NCBI RefSeq assembly: GCF_001194135.2
Contig: NC_068983.1
Location: forward strand, 46,012,700-46,052,778
Length of the DNA: 40,079 bases
Source of the DNA: Octopus bimaculoides
Taxonomy: Eukaryota
Reading direction: 5' to 3'
The notes below the pieces were generated by a model that searched no databases, had not been told where the DNA came from, and saw only the letters and a program-made list of their open reading frames with translations. Numbering within the stretch: the stretch's first letter is position 1; each line of letters opens with the position of its first letter. This document shows positions 24,342 to 35,559 of the stretch, one piece after another. Both the position numbers and the translations under genes were made by a program.

Positions 24342-25281
24342 TTATTTATATATATATGTATATATGAGGAAAATAGGCATGAAAACATCCAATCTTTCAT
24401 TGGCCCCACTGTTAAATACCTAATTTTGTAGAGAAAAATTTACAAATCACATGGGTGTATTTTAAATTTATAAAAATGAATAGAAAATGAAGATATGCAA
24501 TTGTCAATTCAAACATTAAAATTTATTAACATAGTACGATATTATATTATATTCTTATAATAATATAATATAATAAATAATAAATATTAAATACAAATTA
24601 CATATAATTATTTCGATTCTTACCCATAATAAAACTATAAAAATCCATTGTTTGTGGGTAAGAATTTCGTCAGTGTAATTTTTGATATATGAGGATTTAC
24701 AGATCCAAGAAAAGACTGAATATAAATATATTTATGTTTTCAAGCGTGAACTTCAATAATTAAAGACAAAAACAAAGATAAAAAATAGCAACAAAGATAA
24801 AAAAGTAAATTATTATATCGGTAATAAAATATATTTATATAATATTAATCTAGCGCATTAGTTTTTTAAAATACCAGGAACAATATTTTTTTTAAATATT
24901 TAAAGAAAAACAAAATAAGAATATATATATACAGATGCACAAACAATATACANNNNNNNNNNNNNNNNNNNNNNNNNNNNNNNNNNNNNNNNNNNNNNNN
25001 NNNNNNNNNNNNNNNNNNNNNNNNNNNNNNNNNNNNNNNNNNNNNNNNNNNNNNNNNNNNNNNNNNNNNNNNNNNNNNNNNNNNNNNNNNNNNNNNNNNN
25101 NNNNNNNNNNNNNNNNNNNNNNNNNNNNNNNNNNNNNNNNNNNNNNNNNNNNNNNNNNNNNNNNNNNNNNNNNNNNNNNNNNNNNNNNNNNNNNNNNNNN
25201 NNNNNNNNNNNNNNNNNNNNNNNNNNNNNNNNNNNNNNNNNNNNNNNNNNNNNNNNNTATGTATGTATGTATGTATGTATG

Positions 25282-25358
<77 letters not shown>

Positions 25359-28300
25359 ATGTATGTATATACACACATGCACATGTGTATGTAGGTGAGT
25401 TTGAATACCCCTATGTATAAATGTATTTGCGTATGAATGCATATTTGTACATATGTGGGTATAAAGGAAATGCTATTTCGGACACGCCCGATTATACGCA
25501 TGTATTTTAAGATGTATCATAGATAAATTTAGAGAAAAATAAACACAAAAAGAGAAAGAGACATATAAATCAATTGATAGACAGATTCCGAGTAAAAGGG
25601 ATATTTTGTTTCGTCATTACATGAAATATATTCAATTACATAAACTATTAACTGATCCAAATGCTGGTATTGTATATATAAATAATATCCGGTTTGAAAC
25701 TGAGAAATGTCGGTGAAGTAACACATGAATAATTGTTTGTTAAATCCAGAAAAATTTATGTGGATGATGCAAAGACAATAAAAAGAATTATATAAAGCTG
25801 TGATTCAGTAAAAAAAAATATAATCATAATATAATCATTAGTTTGTGATAAAAAGTAGAAGTATATTCATAAGTGTATAAACATAGAGAGGGATTTTATG
25901 CAGACAATTTAACACATGGTTTATTCCTTTACTTTTTTTTAAAATTTATTTCAGTCATTGGATAGCGGCCATGCTGGGGCACCGTATCAAACAAATTGAC
26001 CGCTGTACTTATTTTTAAAAGTCTCGTACTTATTCTATCTCTTTTGAACAAACTGCTGAATTATAGGGATGTAAACAAACGAACCCCTTGTTACCAAGTG
26101 GTTGGAGGGGAACAAACACAATCACAAAGACACACACACTCACATACATTTACACACGCGTCTGCGCGCGCGCTTGCACATAGTTTCTGTCTACCAAATT
26201 CACCCCCAAGCCACAGATAGACCCGGGGCTATAATAGGAGACACTTGTCCAAAGTGTCACGCAGTGAGACTGAATATGAAACCACGAGGCTACACAGCGA
26301 GCTTGCACCTAATCAAATGATTGTGATTTGAAAAATCTGTAGGAATGTAGTAATAATTGTATAGAGATTAATCTTATCTGTGAAACCTTTAGCACTCAGA
26401 TTATTCATTTCTACTCTAGGCACAAGGCCAGAAATTTTGGGGCAGAGGCAGTCGATCAGCTCGATCCCAGTACGTAACTGGTACTTAATTTATCGACCCA
26501 GAAAGGATGAAAGGCAAAGTCGATCTCGGCGGAATTTTAACTCAGAACATAAAGACACACGAAATACCGCTGAGCATTTCGCTCGGCGGGCTAACGTTTC
26601 TTGTTTCTTTACTGTCCACAAGGGGCTAAACATAGAGGGGACAAAAAAGGACAAACAAAGGGATTAAGTCGATTGCATCGACGCCAGTGCGTAACTGGTA
26701 CTCAATTTATCGACCCAAAAGGATGAAAGGCAAAGTCGATCTCGGCGAAATTTGAACTCAGAACATAAAGACGCGCGAAATACCGCTATGCATTTCGCCT
26801 GGCGTGCTAAAGTTTCTGCCAGCTCGCTGCCTTAGCAAGCATTCAGATTATTCTGTCAAATGTGATACATGTTTATTTATATTCTTTTGAGTTCATCATG
26901 GATTATCCCATTGCTTCAAGATTCTGATGATGCGATTGCTTATTTCAAGAATGATATTCTCAGATAGGTGTGAAACGTTGGATCTGATTTAGTTTTAACA
27001 TAAGGGTGGTAGAACATTCGGGCCACATATGACCGGTATAAATGGTAAAATGTTAAACAAACATCAATTTTGCATATATACAAATACGTGTGCATGTGTG
27101 TGTGTGTGTGTGTGTGCGTGCGTGCGTGCGTGTGTTTCCTTGTGTTTGTGTTTGTCCCCACATGCTTCACAACCAGTATTGGTTTATTTACTTGCCTGTA
27201 ACATAGCGGTTAGACATAAGTACCAGGCTGAAAAATTAAATACTGGAGTTTATTTATTTGACAAGGCAGTGCACCAGCTTGGCCTCAGTCTAATGACGCA
27301 AAATAAAAACAAACATCAATTTAACGCTTTGCATATATATATATACGTATAAATATGTGTGTGTGTGTGTATGTAAGTATACACACGCACACATAAGTAC
27401 GTATATCTGTATGTTTGTATTTGTCCCCCTACAACCACTTAACAACTGGTATTGATTCTTTTGTGTCCCCATAGTTTTGCGATACATCGTAAAGTAAATA
27501 CCACCATGACCGATATCCAAACTACAGTGGAAAAGGCTAGTCTCTGGATTTGGTTAAAAAGAGACGATGAGCGATGGCTAGATAATTATTGAGCTTTATT
27601 TGATAACCAGCTGATCTAGCAAGCGGGGCCTCATATCAGTGAGGGGAGCCGGTGCGCATTGATGCTGTCGAGAGGTAGGCCCCGAAACGACGCGCATTCT
27701 CTCCTGGTGACCCCAGACACTTGCTAGCTTCCGGTATGCGTAAGTTGTTTGCAAAACAGCTAACAAAAAAAAAAAAAGATCCCAGAGAATAAGTACCACA
27801 CTTAAAAACTACGTACTGGGGTCGATTCGTTCGATCAAAGCTTTCATGGTGGTGTCCAGGCATGGCTACATCCAATGACCAAAACAAATGAAAAATAACG
27901 ATATACATAAACCTTATTTTTATAATGATTTCCAGCTTTTGAGATCAGCTGCCCATATTTTACAAATAAAGGCTGCTGATTTCTAGAGAATGGAAATAAT
28001 TCTTTGCACCGATGTCGGTAGATTTATGATGTTTATTTTATTTTTAGATATCTTCTCTATATATAGGCCAGTCTAGCTTTAACGTTTTTTCGTCGTTCTG
28101 GTGCCTTTAACGGAATTGCAATTTTGCGACCTTCTAAACCACAAAGACATTTCTACACACATTAACATGTTGCAAAACATTTTCTCTCGTTATCTGTTCA
28201 TTAACATTCAACTCTCATTTTAACGGACTCATAATCCTAACAATGTGATAGGAGAAAAAGACTATAAACGCTTTAAAGATCGTTATTCAATTTTGCTGTC

Positions 28301-29747
28301 TTCAATCCGTTTTCGTGCCTACCATCACCTATGGTCATGAGTATTGGATACTGACCGAAAGAGAATGACCGCGAATACAAGCAGCGAAACTTAAGGTCTT
28401 CCAAGTGGTAGCTGGAGTAAAAGTGACTCGACTGTTTGCGAGGCTCGGAGATCAAGGAATCTCTCCAAGTCGAGCCTCTACTTCTCCGCATTGAGAGGTA
28501 CAGCTCCAGTACTGAGGACAAGGGATTAAAATGTCACAGGAAAGAATCCCAAGATTGAGTCTTCAAACTGAGTCAACCAGCAGCAAACCTAGGAGTAGAC
28601 CAGAAAAACGTGGTGGTTGGATAATATCCATAGTTTTAGTTGCTCACACTTGGAAATCCAGTCGGAAAGTGTAGTAACGGTTACTCCAGATAGGACTCAA
28701 TGCAAGAGACACCTGGTTGTCTACGCGACGACCCTCTCTTTGAGCAGAAAGGGTCATAGGCGGGGATGGATGGATGGATGGGTGGATGTTTGGATGGAAG
28801 GATGGACGGATGGATGGATGGAACTTTTGAAAATTATGTATCAATTTTTTTAAAATTGCAATCAGCATTATTTATATTCAACATTATTTTTTTCTGTATT
28901 CAAGCCCAATTTTGTCCCAACAACCAAGAATACAAGACCAAAGTGTTAACTTGTCAACCATCTTGTACTGATAAATCACCTAACTGCAATACTTACACCG
29001 AAGGCTGTGTGTGCAAACCTGGATTTATTCTCAGTGGAGAAGAGTGTATTCCCGAATCAGAGTGTGGTTGTTTGAAGGCAAATTTCTATATGACTGTAAG
29101 ATGAATATATTTTATTTTAATAATATTTCCTCAGTATATAGTAAGAAGTGTAGTTTCAGATAAGATATATTTTTAGATTTATGAATATAAAGTAGGATTT
29201 TAATTTCATGTCAGAACATTTCTTAAGTGAGAGTGTATATCGAGGAATTTTATCCTAAAATGAAATCAAAATGTATAGATTCTCAATTTCTATTGATATT
29301 TGTATTGACTTTGTGAAAATTCTCATATTATTAAGTTTAAAATTGTGTCAAAGTAAAAGATATATTTCCATATAATGAGAGTCGATAAAAATTTAGCTGG
29401 TTGGTTGGTTGGTTGGCTGGTTGGTTCAATGTATGTAGGTATAATTTTTATTTGAGTACTATTTAAGTTCTTGAGAGTTCGAGCCGGTCGCTAACAGAGC
29501 GATAAGACTTTTTGAGTTTAGAAAGGTCCTGGTGTTTGTAAATAAGTGGTTGAGTTGATGTATTGGTTGAGCTGTCAATCCATACACTCAAATGTGGACA
29601 TCTATTTACATAAGAATCGCACATGGAGAATTTTTGGAATATCTTACAAATCTTCATTGTGCCGCTAAGAGATGGATTTGGAGATTCTGCCTCAGTTTCT
29701 TTTGCTCTGTACGTATGCACGTACTTATGTATGTACGTATGCATATG

Positions 29748-29779
<32 letters not shown>

Positions 29780-32700
29780 TCATTTTTCTTTGAGGTTTAT
29801 ATAAGTTTTTCTCGAGAGAGTTGAAGCCGATCGCTAACAGAATAATAAGACGGGTTTTAGCTAAGAGAGTTCCAGGTGTTTGGAGTTGGTGTGTTGGTTG
29901 AACTACCGACACAGACACTCAAGTGTGCGGATCTATTCACATAAGAATCTCAGATGAAGAATTTTTGGAATGTCTTATAAATCTTCACTGTGCCACTTAT
30001 AGATTAGATTTGGGGAATCCGCGTCAGTTTCTTTTGCACTGTATGTATGCATATCATTATATCGTTATTTCAAGATTTCTTGCCAATAGAGAAAGAACCG
30101 GTTTCTAGCCTAAATTCAAGGTACCTTCATTGGAATTTCAACATCAACAACAGGGTCTTTTTGTTTATATGTATGTATGTATGTATGTATGTACAGGCTT
30201 GTGTGTTTTATGCATGTATTCTCATGCATATAGTTACATATATAGACATGCTCATATATGTTTAAATGATAAACTTCTGCAAACTTTTATAGATTTTTAC
30301 GCTTCCAGTGATGGATTGGTTCTGTAGTCTTCGAATTAGCTTTCTCCATTCTGGTTTTGAGAAGCCTAATTTCTCAAGATTGGTATTTAGGCAGTCTGTT
30401 ACATATCCCAGGTCCCCAATAATTACCGGTGTAAACCTGAACTTGTAATCTGGATAGAGTAACTGCAGATAGAGTAACTGCAGAAATACCACAGTCTGTT
30501 AGCCTCCATTCCCACATGCGTAATCTTACACTAGTCATCATGTCTTACGTTATCTAATGCCTCTTATTTCTTATTTCTTTACTGCCCACAAGGGGCTACA
30601 CACAGAGGGGACAAACAAGGACAGACAAACGGATTAAGTCGATTATATCGACCCCAGTGCCTAACTGGTACTTAATTTATCGACCCCGAAAGGATGAAAG
30701 GCAAAGTCGACCTCGGCGGAATTTGAACTCAGAACGCAGTGGCAGACGAAATACCGCTAAGCATTTCGCCCGGCATGCTAACGTGTCTGCCAGCTCGTCG
30801 CCTCTTACTTCTAATGCCTCTTACTTACTAATGCCCCTTACTTCTAAGAAACATACGGGATGGTACTGAAAAGTTCCTGGCTTTGGGTAAAAAAAAAACT
30901 GCAGGAGGATCAGTTAATCATAATTCTATCCAACATGTTCCCCTCTCAGATTCACGCACTTATTGCAGCGGTCCTTCGGTTTTTCTAATCCTTGCAAAAG
31001 AACTCGGAAAGTTGGGCCTCCAGCCAGGCCTTTCACGATACCCTTACAGTCAAGAACAGCTCAGCACCCCGTTCGTATATAGCTTTGCTTGCTTCCGCGC
31101 TCTATGCATTATTTTCATTAACGTTGTAACATTATTCAAAGTTTTTATATAAATGTGTGTGACTCTGCGCGCGTGTGTGTGTGTGTGTGTATTTATGTAT
31201 GTATATCATAATTTTACTATTTTCTTCTAGCTGGACGAAGAGATCTATTCGCATGATTGTCTTACAAAGACTGTATGTCACCAAGGAGGTGCAATGAAAA
31301 GTATTCAAATACCTGGTTGTTCTTTAAATAAACATTGTTCTTTGAAAGATGGTGAATATGGTTGCATATGCAGCAAAGACTATACACTGTACAAAGGAAA
31401 GTGTGAAAAGCTAGGTAAGTTCATAAATACAGAATGACAAAAAGAGCAAAATATTCTTTTGAAATATTCCTTTCTACTGTAGGCACAAGGCCCAAAATTT
31501 TTGGGGAGGGGGCCAGTCGATTAGATCGACCCCAGTCCGCAACTGGTACTTAATTTATCGACACCGAAAGGAGGAAAGGCAAAGTCGACCTCGGCGGAAT
31601 TTGAACTCAGAACGTAAAGACTGGCGAGATACCGATAAGTATTTTGCCGCCGTGCTAACGATTCTGCCAGCTCGCCGTCTTAAAATGAGCAAAATATTAC
31701 ATATACTCACACGTACTAATGCATACACTCTTACGTACATGTACGAATGTGTGTGTGTGAACGTATACATATAATTATATATGAGTGTACGTGTATGTGT
31801 GTACATATCTATGTATATATGTAAACAAAACAAGGATAGGTAAGAGGCGAGAAGGTCAGCTTTGCTTTTCATTTTCTGGAGTGTCGATACAATAAACTAC
31901 CAACCAAGTACTGAGGTCGATGAATTCAACAACCAGCCTGTCTTTCAAACATCTTGGTGTTACGCTTAATTAGAATTAATATTATGATTAATTACATTAA
32001 TTTTAGAACAAATAGATTTTCAAAATCAGTAGAACACCGGTATCGGTGCAAAACGAAAAAATGTTTCGCAGTAGGTAGCGAGCTGGACAAAATGCTTAGC
32101 GGCATTTCTTCCAACTCTTTACGTTCTGAGTTCAAATTCCGCCGAGGTCGACTTTCGGAACGATGAAATAAGTACCAGTTGAGCACCGAGGCCAATGTAA
32201 TCAGCTTTCCCTCCGCCTCTGAAAATTGCTGGACTTGTGTCAAAATTAGAAAGAAAAAGTAGTCGGTTATGTCTCTTTGCATTTTAAATTTTAATTCCAT
32301 TGGAATAGAGTGAGATTAATAAATTAAGTACCGCTCAAATACTCGTCTATTTCTCGCTCCAGTTCCCAAACTTGTGGGTTCGTAACTAATTTCCAAATAA
32401 TCAACTATTTCTTTTTCAGGACTGGGTAAATTTATTCGAGTCCAATTAGCATGGTTAAATAGGGATTCCTATTACTCGTATTCCACTTCACATCCTAACT
32501 TGTGTCTTCAGACATGTCTCCAGCATGATCGATGTAAGTCCGCTAACTACGATAACGAGAAAGAAATATGTGAACTCTTCCGAACAACTGCAGCAGAAAA
32601 ACCTTTAAATCGTACTGATTGTCCAGCAAAAGATTATTATCAACTTAAAGGTAAAAAAACACAGGCATTTTCTTTTTGACTGTATATTTTATACAACAAT

Positions 32701-33502
32701 ATTATTGGGGTTGTCAATAAATTCGTTTGTTTTTGTTTCCACTAAGCACTTCATCATTATATGCGTGAAAGCGGTAAAATTTATTCATATTTCAAAAGCG
32801 TTAAACAAAAGTTATAAAGGAAGAATTGAGTTACAAAGAAATTCATAAAACGTTGTGGAAAACTACGGAGTAACAGCGCGTTCAGCAGCGATGTGTATAC
32901 GTAAATACAAACTTGAGTTTGAGCTATAACACATAAAGCACGACGGGCCACGATTGTGGCCTTCAGGCACAGGTTAAAAGGCCACGATCGTGGCCCAGAT
33001 AGATACATTTAATTTAAGGGCGTTTGTTGAGGTCTAATGTCACTCAAACGCTCCGATAATCCCCAGAATGCAAGAGGACTAATAGTTCAACTAATGTCTT
33101 TTCAGATGATGTAAAACTTACCACCGTTATATACTAAGAAGATATCTTAACCATTTTTTGTTTTTTATGTGTGCATGGTAGTTTCATATTCATAAAATGT
33201 GCTCAGCAGTCCATGCTATGTAAGTGCAAATTACAGCGTTTTATGCGTTATTCGAAAGCCTTTCACTGTATTTTGCCATGGAGAAAATTTCTCGCTTTAG
33301 AGCAGTGTTTCCTAACCATTTTTCCCCTATGGACCCCTTTGATTTCTGTTTGACTCTGCTGGACCGCCACAGCCATTTCATATATATATAAATTTGAAAA
33401 CTCTACAAGACTAGGTGAAAGCGCTAATTTATAAAACATGACATATGAATAAAAATCTGTAAATATACAATCATCCAGACATCTGAGTACCTGATTATTA
33501 TT

Positions 33503-33536
<34 letters not shown>

Positions 33537-35515
33537 NNNNNNNNNNNNNNNNNNNNNNNNNNNNNNNNNNNNNNNNNNNNNNNNNNNNNNNNNNNNNNNN
33601 NNNNNNNNNNNNNNNNNNNNNNNNNNNNNNNNNNNNNNNNNNNNNNNNNNNNNNNNNNNNNNNNNNNNNNNNNNNNNNNNNNNNNNNNNNNNNNNNNNNN
33701 NNNNNNNNNNNNNNNNNNNNNNNNNNNNNNNNNNNNNNNNNNNNNNNNNNNNNNNNNNNNNNNNNNNNNNNNNNNNNNNNNNNNNNNNNNNNNNNNNNNN
33801 NNNNNNNNNNNNNNNNNNNNNNNNNNNNNNNNNNNNNNNNNNNNNNNNNNNNNNNNNNNNNNNNNNNNNNNNNNNNNNNNNNNNNNNNNNNNNNNNNNNN
33901 NNNNNNNNNNNNNNNNNNNNNNNNNNNNNNNNNNNNNNNNNNNNNNNNNNNNNNNNNNNNNNNNNNNNNNNNNNNNNNNNNNNNNNNNNNNNNNNNNNNN
34001 NNNNNNNNNNNNNNNNNNNNNNNNNNNNNNNNNNNNNNNNNNNNNNNNNNNNNNNNNNATTCCCAGACCGGGCGTTGTGAGTGTTTATTGAGCGAAAACA
34101 CCTAAAGCTCCACTAGGCTCCGGCAGGGGATGGTGGCGAACCCTGCTGTACTCTTTCACCACAACTTTCTCTCACTTTTACTTCCTGTTTCTGTTGTACC
34201 TGTATTTCAAAGGGCCAGCCTTGTCACACTGTGTCACGCTGAATATCCTCGAGAACTACGTTAAGGGTACACGTGTCTGTGGAGTGCTCAGCCATTTGCA
34301 CGTTAATTTCACGAGCAGGCTGTTCCGTTGATCGGACCAACTGGAACCCTCGTCGTCGTAAGCGACGGAGTGCCAACAACAATTCATATAACATTGGAAA
34401 AGAATGAGATAAATGGTAAAAGAAAAAAAAACGAACGAATTTATCAAATGGCTTAATATATTAATTATATATAGGACGGCGCGCTGACAGAATTGTTAGT
34501 AGGCAGAACAGAATGGTTAGCGACATTTCGTCTGTCTTTATGTTCTGAGTTTAAATTTCTGTTAGGCCAACTTTGCCTTTCCTCCTTACGGGGTCGATAA
34601 AATAAGTACCAGTTGAGCATTGGGGTCGATGTAATCGTCTTACTCCATTCCCCAAACATTATGGCTTTATGCTAAAATTTGAAACCAATACTGCCGCCAA
34701 AATAAACTTTGCCTTTCTTTCTTTCCGAGTCATTAAAATGAATTACCAGTTGAGCATTGAGGTAGGGGTGGGGTCGATGCAAAACTGCTGGCCTTGTGCC
34801 AAAATGTGGAAAGGGTTACTATTTTAGATATTATTAGGTTGTCAAATAAATTTGCTCGTTTGTGGGGTTTTTTTCTCTACACAGCACTCTATCATCATTT
34901 GTCTGAAAAGATGTAAAATTTATTCAAATTTCAAAAGCAATCAAATTTATAGAGTAAGAAAAGAGCTACAATAAAGCTACAAAACATTGCGATTAAAATT
35001 CTTTTCGTACTAATTGAAATAATATTGGTAAGAATCAAAAGAAACAGGAAAAATCGAATCTCTCTGACGCACCAATATAACAGCGCATAACTCGCTACTT
35101 CCGCTTTTCTTGTGGACTTCTTGCCCCCACCTGGTCCATGTGGTAAAACACTTGGGTCCACTCTTGGGTCCACTCCGTTGCACGGTTTCGGGTCAGATCC
35201 CCCGGTTTGAGGATATCTTCCTCGTAATTCACAGCCTTCCCTCCAGACTAAAAGCTAAAGATATACACACATATCAAGGCGATGAGCTGGTGGAGCCATT
35301 AGCACACCGGGCAAACTGCTTAGCAGCATCTCGTCTGTCATTAAGTTCTGAGTTCAATTACCACCTTCGTCGACATTGCCCTCCATCCTTTCGGAGTCGA
35401 TAAAATAAGTATCATCCAGTTAGATAACGGGGTGGGGGACGATATAATCGACTTACCCTCTCCTTCGAAATTTCTGACCTTGTGCTAAAATTTTAAGCAG
35501 TTCTCTCTCTATATA

Positions 35516-35559
<44 letters not shown>

